Shown in pieces: positions 1-11,661 of a stretch of DNA of 25,072 bases. How positions within the stretch are numbered: the stretch's first letter is position 1; every line of letters begins with the position of its first letter. The notes beneath the pieces are model-generated. The model ran no database searches, was not told the origin of the DNA, and saw nothing but the letters and a program-made list of their open reading frames with translations. The stretch is from Chiloscyllium plagiosum (taxonomy: Eukaryota), in NCBI RefSeq assembly GCF_004010195.1, contig NC_057718.1, positions 76,262,210 to 76,287,281 of the forward strand, written 5' to 3'. Both the position numbers and the translations under genes were made by a program.

Positions 1-1950
1 CACTGACCAGACATCCCAATCTGATCTAGTCCGCTTGACAGTTAGAGGTGTACAGCACAGAATCAGACCCTTCAGTCCAACTCATCCATGCAGATCAGAT
101 ATCCTGAATTAATCTAGTCCGATGTGCCAGTATTTGGCTCATATCCCTCAAAACCCTTTTTATTCATGTACCAATCCCTGATGCCTTTTAAATGTTGCAA
201 CTGTACCAGTCTCCACTACCTCCTCTGGCAGCTCACTCCATACACACACCACCCCTTGCATGAAAAAGCTGCCCCTTAGGTTCCTTTTAAATTTTTCTCT
301 CCTTGTATTAAACCTTTGTCCTCTAGTTTTGGACTGCCCCACCATGGGAAAAAGACTTTGGTTATTCATCCTCTCCATGCTCATGTTTTCTTTAAATCTA
401 ATAAGGTCACCCCTCAGCCTCCAGGAAAAAGAAACCCAGCCTATTCTGCCTCTGTCTATACCTCAAATCCTACAATCTTGACAACATTCTTGTAAATCAT
501 TTCTGCATCCTCTCAAGTTTAACAATATCCTTCCTACAGATGGATGACCAAAATGGTGCACGGTATTCTAAAAGTGGCCTCATCAAAATCCTGTATAGCA
601 GCAACATGATCTTCCAACTCAATGTTCTGACCAATGAAGGCAAATGTACCAAATGCCTTATTCATCACCCTATCTACCTGCAACTCAACTTTCAAGAAAT
701 TTTACACATACCCCTAGGTCTCTGTTTGGTAACACTGCCCAGAGCCATGTCATTAACTGTATAAAGACCTGCTGTAGCTTGCCTTACCAAAATGCAACAT
801 CTCACATTTATCTAAACTAAACTCCATCTGCCACTCCTTGAACCATTGGCTCATCTGATCAAGGTCCTGTTGTACTCAGAGGTAACCTTCTTCACTGTCT
901 ACCACTTATTTTGGTGTCATCTGCCTCCTTTATTCACATCAGAATCATGTATATAAATGATGCAAAGCAGTGGATCGGTGCCAAACTTTGTGGCACACCA
1001 GTAGTCACAGGCCTCCAGTCTGCAACCTTCTACCACCATGCTGTCTTCTACCTACAAGCCAATTTTGCATGCAATTGGCTAGTTCCCCCTAGATCTCATG
1101 TGATCTAATCTTACTAACCAGTCTACCATGCTGAACCATGTTGACTGTTTTGCTGAAGAAGTTCATATAGACAATGTCTACTGCTTTCCCTCAATCTTCC
1201 TCACCCCTTCAAAAAAAAACTCAATTAAGTTAGTAAGACACGATTTCTCATGCACAAAGCTATGTTCACTATCCCTAATCAGTCCTTACCTTTCCAAATA
1301 CATGTTAGTCCTGTCCCTCAGAATTCCCTTCAACAACTTATCCAACACTGACATGAGGCTCACTAGTCTAGTGTTTCCTGGCTTTTCCTCACAGCCTTAA
1401 ATAATGTTACAATATTAGCCAACCTCCAGTCTTTCAACACCTCACGCTTAGCTGTCAACGAGGTAGATATCTCCGTACAGGGCCCAGCAATCTCTTCCTT
1501 AGCTTCCCACGCAGTTCTGGGAAACACTTGATCAGGTCCCAGGGATTTATCTAACTTTATGCATTTTACGGCCTCCAGCAGCTCCTCTTCTGTAATGTAT
1601 ACTCTTTTCAAGACATAATTATTTATTTCCCCAAGTTATCTAACTTCCATGTCCTTCTCCACAGTAAATACAAATGAAAAATATTCACAGTTAGTATCTC
1701 ACTCATCCCCTGGGGTTCCACACATAGATGGCCACGTTCATCTTTAAGGGGTTCTATTCTCTCCTAGTTACTTTTCTGTCCTTAGTGTACTTTAGGATCT
1801 TTTTGGGATTCTCCTTAACTATTTGCCAAATGTATCTCGGGTCCTTTTTTTGCCCTCGTGATTTCTCTCTTAAGCCTATTGCCCTTATATTCCTCTAGGG
1901 ATTCACTCGATCCCAGCTGTCTACACCTGACATATGCCTCCACATTTTTT
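1..1950 (-). mobile_element. Decayed, 5'-truncated CR1 LINE (ORF2 RT region, C-terminus and 3' tail)
   Basis: Minus-strand fragments read as CR1 ORF2: 'IKLDKSLGPDQVFPRTAWEAKEEIAGP...DWRLANIVTLFK' (1363-1611) and 'RGQRFNTRREKFKRNLRGSFFMQGVVCVWSELPEEVVETGTVATFKRH' (160-384). The 3' tail lies at about 40-150, with a partial second tail copy at 1-37. Many stops and frameshifts. Confidence 0.9.
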
Positions 1951-2043
1951 TTTACAGCAGAATTCTTAAAAATGTCATTGAAATTCAAATCTCTAAAAAT
2001 TATCACTGTCTACTGCAATGGTAGCAGAGGGCAGTACTCTCAC

Positions 2044-2091
2044 CTATTTCAGTCAATGTTAAGTCAAGCATCATCCATTTAGTCTTAATTT
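2044..2091 (-). CDS. Candidate 48-nt coding exon of an unidentified host gene (phase 1-1, IKTKWMMLDLTLTEI)
   Basis: Minus strand reads tgtttccatctttttag|AAATTAAG...GAAATAG|gtgaga. Acceptor and donor are strong, only one frame is open, and the DNA is non-repetitive. Confidence 0.4.
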
Positions 2092-2499
2092 CTAAAAAGA
2101 TGGAAACATATTGTATTTAGGGTCGTGACTGGGTCCCTACCTACAATCTGAACTAAATTAAAATACCAATGATGTTGAAAATTTGAAAAGAACAGCAAAG
2201 CAAGCTGCAAAGTTCAGAGAACCAGAAATATCTGTTAGGAGTACATGAAGCAGTTTGTTTCAATTAGATATAGATTGAAGGATTCCTGTTCTGGCAACAA
2301 TTGCATTTATCTGGTACCTTTCACAGCCTGAAAACATTGCAATCAAGTGCTTTTGACAAGTAGACATTGCTGAAATGCAAGAAATACACCAAACAATTTG
2401 AACACAGCAACAATGTGAAAATATTGACAAGATAATCTGCTTTTGGGACATCAACTGAGAGATAAGCGTTGGTTGGAAGACCAGGATAATCCATGTAAA

Positions 2500-2710
2500 A
2501 ATGGATAAAGCGTAGGAAACTCGGGAGGTTGGCAGCACCTGTGGACAGAGAAACAGAGTTAATGTTTTGAGTCCAGCATGACACTGCTTCGGAATTCTGT
2601 GGGGTCATACTGGACTTAAAGCATTAACTCTATTTCATCCATAGATACTGCCAGATCTGCTAAGTGTCTCGAGTACTTTCTGGCTTCTAACATCACCAAT
2701 ATTTTACTTC
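2500..2710. mobile_element. Palindromic non-autonomous Penelope-derived element (inverted pLTR fragments, decayed hammerheads)
   Basis: Arms 2530-2582 and 2604-2653 are imperfect reverse complements around a central gaattc. The 'gatactgccagatctgct' motif matches the pLTR motif in the other copies here (gatgctgcc..ac.tgct). Confidence 0.7.
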
Positions 2711-2769
2711 TTCCAAGCGTAACCCCTCTGCTTTTTCTTCGAAATAGCCACAAGATCTGGGGGAAGAGA

Positions 2770-2945
2770 ATGGGGAGCTTAGCTCAGATAGCCAGACATC
2801 AGTAGTTAGCAGCATAGATGGCATGAGTTCAGGCTCTACCACATCTGAGGTAGTTCTTGGGACCTGCCTCTTCTTGGCTCATTGTGATATAATGCCATAG
2901 TGATATTTGGAACAACTTGACAAACAGCCCTCCATCAATGAGGAA
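2770..2945 (+). mobile_element. Degenerate tRNA-derived SINE-like fragment
   Basis: A-box-like TAGCTCAGATAG at about 2779 and a weak B-box-like gagttcagg at about 2825. Confidence 0.3.
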
Positions 2946-2984
2946 GCTACATGTAAAGAGGAGGCAAAGAACATCTTTCCCTAT

Positions 2985-3125
2985 TGCCTCATCTGAAAGG
3001 CTGTACCTCTAATAATGCAGCATTCCTTCAGGGTGATACTGGAGAATTGAAAAATCCAAGCTAAACTAGGACTTGAATGCAAAACCTTCTGACTGAGGTG
3101 GTTTCAACAGACCCATGACTAACAG
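2985..3125 (-). mobile_element. DeuSINE-like fragment (SacSINE1/AmnSINE1-type Deu domain)
   Basis: ctcatctgaaaggctgtacctctaataatgcagcattccttcag...ggacttgaatgcaaaaccttctgact resembles the reverse complement of the recalled Deu core and of a tRNA-like B box. Confidence 0.55.
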
Positions 3126-4516
3126 GGATCATAGCTGATACATAAACAGATGTTTTTTTCTCTCCAGATTGTGCTGCTGCCCCTTGTCTTTCCTTTTGCG
3201 TTACTTGGAAGAGACGTATGGATATGACTGGAACTTATTAGAATGCTTCACAGTACTGTCATATGAATGATGACTCATCTACTTTTAACTGTTGCTTTTT
3301 GCAATTTGTGGTTTACTAGAAAAGGTAATTCAAGACAACAAACCATGCAAATGTTGATTGCTAATTTTTCAAAATTTACTTTAAAATTTTAGAGGGTCTC
3401 AGCATTATGTAAAAGAATGTGATAATTTACAAATTCAACAGCTTAAATATTCTGATCAGCAATGTTAGGTTACATGCCATAATATCTTTAAAATGAGTTT
3501 TTTGGGATATTTGCCCACATTAAACAAAGAAGCCTTGAAGGCATTGTTTCTTGAAACAGGCAGGCTGCAATCATCGACAAAGTTTTGTACTGCACATACA
3601 AATCTGCTCTGGCAATTTTGTGTTATTTTTACATAAAACCAAAGTAGAAGTAAAAAGTTTGATCCAATGAGTTAAGATGAAGCGTTTGCATTGTCTCATG
3701 AATGTCATAGTCAACCAGTTAAAAACAATTAAGAAATTATGATCAGATACAGTTGTCCTATAAATTGATTCAGGGCTAAATAATGAAGTTTATGACAATA
3801 GATTGATCCTGAAACTTTTCTATTCATCCTTGAAAATGATACTTAAGTTTCAACTATTTACTTGTTTGACACTATTACAAAGGGCCATTCACTTCCTTAA
3901 CAAATTCATTAAGTTGGATAAGGTTCATGATATTGCAAACTAAATCCAATCAGCTAAAAGAACAAGCTTTATCAGCTGACATTTTCTCATCCAATTGACT
4001 GTCACACTTTTGAAATTACATTTCACAACAGATGGACCTTGATGTAACTCATTAAATCAAAACCAAAACAAGAAACGTTTAATTCTTGAGAGTTACATTG
4101 TGAAGTGGGTAAGTGGTAAATTAAATCTGGATAAGTCAGTCAGTGCATGTAGTGATGCCTCTGGCATTCAAAGATTGGAAATTCAATGTGGGTTTTCAAT
4201 GGACTCCCTTGCTCTTTATTTCAGGATAGTAATTCTTAAAAGGTCACAGCACATTTTGGGTAGGCATGGGGATGGAGGAGTGACAGAGATGGAGAGAGAG
4301 AGAGAAAAACAGACAGGCAGAGAGAAAGATGAAGAGAGCGCATCAGGGTAACTGGGAGGAGAAAATGAGGAAGCAGAAGATATCAAACTGACTTGAAAAT
4401 TTTAATCTTCTGACCCTGGACAGGAAGAGCTTACAAAGGATGGGCACTCAAACTTGGGAGTTGTGTTACATTGGAACACGATACTATTTATAGAGTCATA
4501 GACATGTCATAGTCAT

Positions 4517-4744
4517 CCCCTCCCCCACTCACCCATTGTACTCTATGCTACTTTCTCCCCACCCCCACCCTCCTCTAGCTTATCTCTCCACGCTTCAGGC
4601 TCACTGCCTTTATTCCTGATGAAGGGCTTTTGCCCGAAACGTCGATTTCGAAGCTCTTTGGATGCTGCCTGAACTGCTGTGCTCTTCCAGCGCCACTAAT
4701 CCAGAATCTGGTTTCCAACATCTGCAGTCATTGTTTTTACCTCT
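4517..4744 (+). mobile_element. Penelope-like element 3' end / pLTR
   Basis: Nearly identical to the reverse complement of 11662-11815, which is attached to a GIY-YIG-coding fragment. Contains a hammerhead core. Confidence 0.85.
4609..4650 (+). ncRNA. Minimal type I hammerhead ribozyme motif (Penelope-associated)
   Basis: CTGATGA (4616-4622), extra A, stem II GGGC-TTTT-GCCC, GAAA (4636-4639), then CGTC with a GUC triplet ending at 4643. Stem III is reduced to the palindrome ACGT. Confidence 0.75.
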
Positions 4745-4754
4745 TATTATCAAA

Positions 4755-5015
4755 AGACTAATTAATCCAGAAACTTAGCTGATGTTCTAGGGACCAACAT
4801 TTAAAGGGTGAAACTCAAATTTCATAAAGAATCAGGAATTAAAAATCATATGACACCCAAGAAACTATCAAAAAAACCCATCTGGTTCATTAATGTCCTT
4901 CAGGGAAGCAAATCTCTAATCTTCACTTGGTCAGGTTTACATGTGACTCCAGAGACACAGCAATCTGGTTCACTTTCAATTGCCCTCAGATATGGTCTAA
5001 CAAACCACTTAGGCT
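4755..5015 (+). mobile_element. SINE-like interspersed repeat
   Basis: aaaacccatctggttcattaatgtccttcagggaag...tacatgtgactccaga matches a recalled common elasmobranch repeat; family not assigned. Confidence 0.45.
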
Positions 5016-5029
5016 AAACATGGGCAAGG

Positions 5030-5643
5030 AAACCTCTGCTGATTACCACATTCGTCCTCCCTCAGCTGATGAATCAGTGCTCTTCCATGTTGGGCAACAC
5101 TTGGAGGAAGCACTGATGGTGGCAAAGGTGCAAGATGTACTGTGGATGGAGGACTTCAAATGTCCACCACCAAGAGTGGTTTGGCAGCAGCACTATGTAT
5201 CGAGCTGGCATGGTCCTAAAGGACAAATTTATTAGACTAGGTCTGTGTCATTTGATGAAGGAACCAACAAGAGGGAAGAACATCTTGACCTCATCCTCAT
5301 GAATCTGGCTGCTGCTGATGTATCTGTCCATGACAATTTCAGTAAGAGTGACCACCATACAATTCTTGTGGAGACAAAGTCCCAAGTTCACATCGAGAAC
5401 ATCTTGCATGGTGTTGTGTGGCATTGCACTGAATCTCTTCGAGCTGATCTAACAAGACTGGAGATCCATGAGGTGCTATGGGCTACTGGCAGCAACACAA
5501 TCTGAAACCTCTTCTGAATCTCCTTTTCTATCATTACTATCAAGCCAGGAGATCAACTCTGGTTCAATTGTGAATGTAGGAGAGCATGTCAGAAGCAGCA
5601 TCAGGCACACCAAAAATATCTGGTTAAGCTACCAACCAGGACT
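5030..5643 (+). mobile_element. Decayed LINE (CR1-group, possibly Crack/Daphne-like), APE endonuclease region
   Basis: 'RPPSADESVLFHVGQHLEEAL...VLWMEDF' and 'LDLILMNL...VSVHDNFSKSDHHTILVET' contain the RPP, GDF-like, LDL and SDH motifs of the APE domain, broken by frameshifts. Confidence 0.8.
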
Positions 5644-7432
5644 TGAGGACAAGATGGCAGAGGTGGCAGGGTAGGAAATGTTTCTGCTTGCCACCTCCAC
5701 CTCCCCTCCTCACATGACCAACTGCATCCTTTATCAAATTTTATTTTCTTCATTTAACTTTTTGAATCAAATTCATCTTTTCTTCCTTCTATGGCTGCAG
5801 TGGCGGAGACCGGTTGGGGGAGTTGTTGAACAGCAGATCAGTTCTGTTCCTCATGGTCATGATGGTTGCAGTTTGAGCAACATCACCAGCTATGAATCAG
5901 GAGTTGTTCTTTTCCTCTGGTGCTTCAGCAGCGTCTGCAATGGCAGTGGAACGATCGATTCCCCACCATTGTAGCCAACACCAACATGTCATACAGCACA
6001 GAAACAGACCCTTCGATTCAACCGGTCCATGCTGAACAGAATCTGAAACTCAACTAGTCCCACCTATCTTTTCCTGGCACATATCCCTCCAATTCTTTCT
6101 TATTCATGTATCTATCCAAGTGTCTTTTGAACATTGTAATTGTACCTGCATCCATCACTTCTTCAGGAAGTTCATTCCACATATGAACCACCCTCTGGTG
6201 TAATTTGCAAAGAAAATAGTCATCTATTTTTCTCCCAGTTGCAAAAGATTCAGTTGCTTATTATTCATTAGGATTTTTATACTATCTGAGCCTATTATGA
6301 ATGCTTGGCTGTTTCAAAAGATTGGGAACCACCATCTCAGCAGGGAGCTGTATTTGCACATTGACCAATTATGAGAAAATATTGAAGACTTATTGATCTT
6401 TGATGTGACAATGGAAGTAGGGTTTATTCTTACAACTAATTGACTGCTTAAAGGGATTTTTTTTGGAAAGAGACATTTTTCTTTATTTCCACAGTAAAAG
6501 GAAGAGGACTTAATAGTGATAGTCTATTAATTCCATATTCTCCAATTATAAAGGTGTAATACCATGGAGGAAGAGCATTTTTTTTTTCAAGGAAGACAAG
6601 ATTTTTGGATTTATTTTAAGGTCCTGAGCTAATTCCATTGTGGATACTGAGTGAATGGCTCTGGAGGATACTTGAGGCATGTGGGAGGCGTGACAAAATA
6701 AGGGGAATTTGAAGGAACACTGAGGGATTCAGGTGTGTAGATAGTATGAAGGGACAGAGAGAATCAGAGAAGGTACTGAGTGGGTATGTGATGGTTGGAG
6801 AGTGAGACATGAATGCTTACGTGTATAACATTGATTATTAACACAGGAGTAATGGTAAATGGAAGTCTGCATTCGAGCCGGTCAGCCTGGCATCAACCCA
6901 TCTTCATTGCTACTTCCAGTCTGCTACCAGATCAGGTATATCTAAATCCATTTCATCGCTGGCTAGCCGTGAAGAAAATGCACAAGGTAAAGGGTCCTTT
7001 TATATGAGGCTTATCTTCCAACATCCAAGCAAAATGGTTGGATTTCTAGCCAGGTGATGGGCCCTGGTCCTTGACAGTTGGTACAGTCTCCTGGCTATGG
7101 TGGTGGCTGGAGTATCAGCCGTGATGAGGCTAGTTTGCCAGAGGCAGCATTCTGGGTACAGTCAGCAGCAGCAGGGCTGCTTCAGCGTGATTCCTCCTTG
7201 CTGTTGGAGCCTCAGGATCAGCTTTGATGGCTGCACAGTGGGACGGCATCTCATAGCCACTTAATAAATCAAGAAGCCATGGATGGAACAAAAACAGAAA
7301 TGTGTCTTAACTTTGCGTAAATTATTTCTTTTTATTAGTGTGATTAAAATGGCACAGATTATGGCGACTTAAACACATTTCACTGTATTTTCATAAATAC
7401 AAGTAATGATAAATTACTATACTATTTACTAA
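5644..7432 (+). mobile_element. Composite insertion interrupting the APE-LINE: probable non-autonomous retroelement with nested fragments
   Basis: Starts caagatggcagaggtggc and ends tttcactgtatttt...gataaa followed by an actat/actaa-like tail. LINE-like sequence appears to resume at about 7433 (gcataagcagcaagtgat). Confidence 0.4.
5986..6200 (-). mobile_element. CR1 3'-end fragment
   Basis: gtcatacagcacagaaacagacccttcg...catatgaaccaccctctg is homologous to the CR1 tails at 45-260 and 20505-20730. Confidence 0.85.
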
Positions 7433-7863
7433 ACTATACCTGCCTGTCAAAAGGCATAAGCAGCAAGTGATCGGCAGAGGTAAGTGATACCACAACCATC
7501 TGCCACAATCTTTTCACCTCAGAGAAATGGGCTTAAATGTTTAATGTCAAATAGCTTTCCTTCTCTGGAAACAGGAGGAACTGTTTGGTTCCAAAGCAGA
7601 GTTGTAGCAGATTTGAAATGTCGATTCCACTTTTTGCTCTCTTTCTCACTCTCCAACTTCCTGACTTCAAACAATATAGCCCTTCTTTCAATATTGTAGG
7701 ACCAAAATTTTGGAATTACTCCACTAATAATACTGTAAATGTACCCACGCCATTTTAAATGCACCAATTTAAGGATGTGCATCACATCACCTTCTCAACA
7801 GCAATTAAGAATTGGCAATAAGTGTTCGCCTTGCAGGCCAAATCACAAATGAAAGAATAAAAA
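7433..7863 (+). mobile_element. Continuation and 3' tail of the APE-LINE (internally deleted)
   Basis: ccaaaattttggaattactccactaataatactgt...caccttctcaacagcaattaagaattggcaataa...gaataaaaaa resembles the recalled 3' end of this LINE family. Confidence 0.5.
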
Positions 7864-8213
7864 ATGCATTAGTTGTAATAATTCTCATACTGTCTGCTTA
7901 AAGCCTGAAAGACAACTGCAAAATATTGTAGATATCTTAAAGATTTGAATCCAAGATAACATTCAGCTGCATCTTTACTGGGAATGCCCTAAATCAAGCT
8001 GGATGTCTTTTCTGTGAGGAATAATGCCAGTGCACTGCACTGCCCATTGCTTTCTGTACCTGCATGTTAACTTTGCTTATGACAACCAGATCCTTACAAA
8101 TACAAATCTTTCTTGAGCTTTCACCATAAAAAATTTTGCTTTTCTATTTTTGTTACAAAGTGGACTCGTTCACACTTTTATTTTAATGTTATATGCCACA
8201 TTTTTTTCCCCTC

Positions 8214-8462
8214 AGAGTCAGAGTCAAAACAGCACAGCAACAGACCCTTTGGCCCACCTTGGCCATGCTGACAGTTATCCCAAACCTAATTAGTCTCATT
8301 TGTCTGGGTTTGGCCCATATCTCTCAAAAGACATTTGGACAGGATAGATTTAAAGTGTTATAACAAGACTACCTCTACTACCTTCTTCGACTGATCATTC
8401 CATACACGCACCTGTCTCCATGTGAAAAAGATGCCACTTGAGTCCCTTTTAAATCTTTCCTA
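8214..8462 (-). mobile_element. CR1 3'-end fragment
   Basis: agagtcagagtcaaaacagcacagcaacagaccctttggccc...tcattccatacacgcacc...tgtgaaaaag matches the other CR1 tails. Confidence 0.8.
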
Positions 8463-9401
8463 TTTAAACCAATTATGAAGAAAAGAAAACAATTTGAAAT
8501 TTGGATTTCAAAAGTGAAGGCAATTGGATGTGGATCAACTTTGCAAAGTTTTTTGTTAAACCAAGTCAGAAAAACATTTAGAACAGTGCATTAATTCTAA
8601 GAAAGCATGTCATTGCAGGCAAGTACCTGGGAGAACCTAGTAGCATTAACAAATGGAATACTTATGCTGCTGAATTGGAAAAATAAAAGAAAGCCAACAA
8701 CTAAATTTTGATTTCAGAACAGAAGGTGCAAGGTCTCAGTTCAGAAGAACCAGGAGTTCTGCTTAAAAGGGAGAAAATCTTCTCCCAGTAGAAAATAAAG
8801 TTTTAGTTTCAGGAAATCAGTCATCATGGTTGAAGTGTTGTTAGTATGTTGAGCTTCCAGCGAGCTTGTAGAGAAATCTTCAACTTATCACAGCTGAGAA
8901 AGTTCATGCCATCAGAATTGTGAAATTCCCAGGCCTGCAGACTTGGAAAGGAAATGTAAAATTGTAATCACAGAGCAAGGAAAAGAAAGGAGTCAGTCAG
9001 CAAAGCAGATTGACGCCAGAGTGAAATTCCTCTGCAATTGAGTCTCTGTGAAAGGACATGTTGGGATTATATTGAAACTTGGTTTTACTGTCCAAGATCT
9101 TTCAAATTGTATGGAATATTCCCTTTTCCCCCTTTTAAATAATAAATACTTGCTCTGTTGTTAAAGAGCATCTGCAGTTTGTGTGAATATATTTTATTGA
9201 CAAACTGCCATGGTACCAACTGCAAAAATTTAATATTTGATCCATCAAGCCATCTGCGATCCGATATGTCTAGTATTATCAAATGGGATCATAAAACTAT
9301 GTACATACACATTTCCTGCTTCCTACTCAGCATACTTTTCCATTTTTATTAAACTTACTGATGATACATTAAACTTGACACCCTCATTCATATTTTTATT
9401 T

Positions 9402-9460
9402 AATATATATAATATATATAAATATACACACACACACATATATATAAAAAAAATATAAAA
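9402..9460. repeat. (TA)n/(CA)n compound microsatellite
   Basis: aatatatataatatatataaatatacacacacacacatatatata. Confidence 0.9.
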
Positions 9461-9955
9461 AGAGTGAAATAATACTTTCAAACACTGATCCTTCTGGTAC
9501 TCCTATCAATCTGAAACTGAACAGTTTATTCCCTTTGTGTTTTACCCTTTCACACAAACTTAAGGAATAGAATTTTGTGTAATGACCTACTGGGTAGCAC
9601 TTTAATGAATGTTTTCAGAAAATCCAAATACAATACATTCACTGATTCTCATGTACTCTGCTGTGATAGTCTCAGAAAGCATCAGCTTTGGCAAATACAA
9701 TTTCTCTTTCATAAATTCACGTTGGCTCTCCCCAGTTATATGATGATTTAAGTTCCTGTTTTCAGACCCCTAATAAAAGATTCCATCAGTATCATACTCT
9801 GCCATCAGGTTTCCTGGCCTATTGTTTCCAGGTTCTCTCTTCATCCTTTCATTTCTTTTCTTTTTTTTTCATTTCATTTCTTACCTTTTAATCCACCGAG
9901 ACCACTCAAATTAAGAAAATTTTGGAGGATCAAAACCAATGCACTCTACTAAGAC

Positions 9956-10171
9956 ATGATGTGGAGATGCCATTTTTGCTCTGGAGTGGACAAAATCAGA
10001 AGTCACGTTACACCAGGTTATAGTCCTATATGTTTATTTGAAAATACAAGCTTTTGGAGTGCTGCTCCTTCGTCAGGTGAAGTAATACTTGATAGAGCAG
10101 TGCTCCAAGAGCTTGTGATTTCAATAAACTTGTTGGACGATCACCTGGCATTGTTCAACTTCTGACTTTTT
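9956..10171. mobile_element. Palindromic Penelope-derived element (second family) with decayed hammerheads
   Basis: Arms at about 9992-10079 and 10087-10170 are imperfect inverted repeats. The left arm on the minus strand reads CTGACGA-aggagcagcactcc-AAAAGC. Confidence 0.7.
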
Positions 10172-10900
10172 CCTAAGCTAAACAGACTCAAAGTTTTTCT
10201 TTATGCCCCACTATAATTTTGCCAGTCTTTACCTTTATACCTCTGTGCTGCCAGCTTCCTTTTTACATATCTTTTTCTAAAGACTCTTGCCAATTTCCTT
10301 TGGCCCACTTCCTTAATCATTTTTCTTGTGGATTTCCAAAATTCTCCCAATCTCTCAGATTTCATTTTTTTCTAAGTAACAATATAATCCCCTTCCTTTA
10401 ATGTTGATTTCTCTAACTATGTGCAGACCACTTTCCCAGAGACATTTTCCCTTTAGGGAGTAGAGATACAATATATTTTTTGCTATTTACCAATGCTTAC
10501 TACTATTAAATCTTTTAATCTAGTTTTCCAATCTACCATTTTCAATCAGTCCCTCATTCCTATATAATGTACTTTTTAGGTTTAAGACTAGAGTTTTGGG
10601 CTGAGTTAAGTCATACTTAAACTCAATATAAAAATTCCTTCATGTTATGATCACGCTTCCCCAGATGTCCGTTACAAAATCATTAATTAACCTTGTCTCA
10701 TTACACAAGACGTGAAGTCATCTCCCCGCAAGTTGGCTCCTGGACAGACTGGTCTACATAAAACAATCTTGAATGCATTTCATCAACTTGCCATCTGCAC
10801 TAAAACCTCAAATTTTGTTTTCCCATTTTTTAACAAGAGAAATACCCATGATTACGCTATTACTGTGGTTATTTGCACCTATGATTTCCAGATTTGGACT

Positions 10901-10932
10901 CTGATTGAAGTTACAACTGATTGAAGTTACAA
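10901..10932. repeat. Perfect 16-bp tandem duplication
   Basis: ctgattgaagttacaa x2. Confidence 0.95.
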
Positions 10933-11661
10933 CAATCCTGGGACAATCATCTTAAAAAATGGGAAACAGAAATTATCACACAGAGATCCTACACTTTTAT
11001 ATTTGGAGACAAGGAAGATGAAGATGACTGTCATAATTATATCTGATTAAATAGACTAAATCAAAATTAAACAAGTTCCTGCAGTGAATGGATACATGAA
11101 CAATATGGATTTCAAAACAATTTGAAACAGCAAGTAAAAATTCAATTTGCTGTCCAATAATTAGACAATCTTTTAAAACAGCATGGGTATTTGGGCTGAA
11201 GTTCAATTACTGTGGGATACATTTTAATAATCAATATTGCAGGTGGACTTTCCAACTCTAAAACTGCATGGTTTAGAAATTCCAAATTTTCTGTAATGTG
11301 GTGTAAGTGCAAGCACACTGCACAACATCCGTTAAAACACCTTAGTTCCAAAGACTTGTGCACAGAACTTAGCATTCCAAATTCCTGCACTGAAGTGTCA
11401 AACTGTCTTTGGGTTGAAAGCATAAGAGTGAAATCTATCCAGGTGACAAATATACTGTGGCACATAGGGAAGTGGAAATTCTTACAAGTTTAGCCACACA
11501 AGAGCATATTCAAGTAATGTTACAATGAAAGTTTCTACCTTTCCCATTCTTTTAGGCCATGAATTCCAGAGCTGACACACTTTAGTCGAAAAGAAATTCT
11601 CAACTCCCTCTAGTATTATGCCTTTAGTCTATATCCCTGGTTACTGACCATTCTCCAAAGG

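Larger units (their letters stand above)
9300..10720 (-). mobile_element. Old, heavily decayed CR1 LINE (RT region), interrupted at about 9956-10171
   Basis: The minus strand of gaaaatccaaatacaatacattcactga gives SVNVLYLDF (RT motif). The primer-grip-region motif tgatccttctggtactcc is at about 9486. A related fragment lies at about 8050-8210. Confidence 0.55.

Noticed and set aside
3168..3324. Plus-strand exon-like segment (ttttctctccag ... AAG|gtaatt)
   Set aside because: Stops in all three frames and no partner exons. A non-coding exon cannot be excluded.
7454..7485. Consensus plus-strand donor GAG|gtaagt
   Set aside because: Lies in LINE-derived sequence and has no good acceptor.
10901..10932. 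Tandem repeat as a CRISPR-like array or excision footprint
   Set aside because: Only two adjacent copies with no spacer, in vertebrate DNA. Simple duplication explains it.
11142..11493. Overlapping 107-aa and 93-aa ORFs in unique DNA
   Set aside because: No recognisable motif and no convincing splice boundaries.
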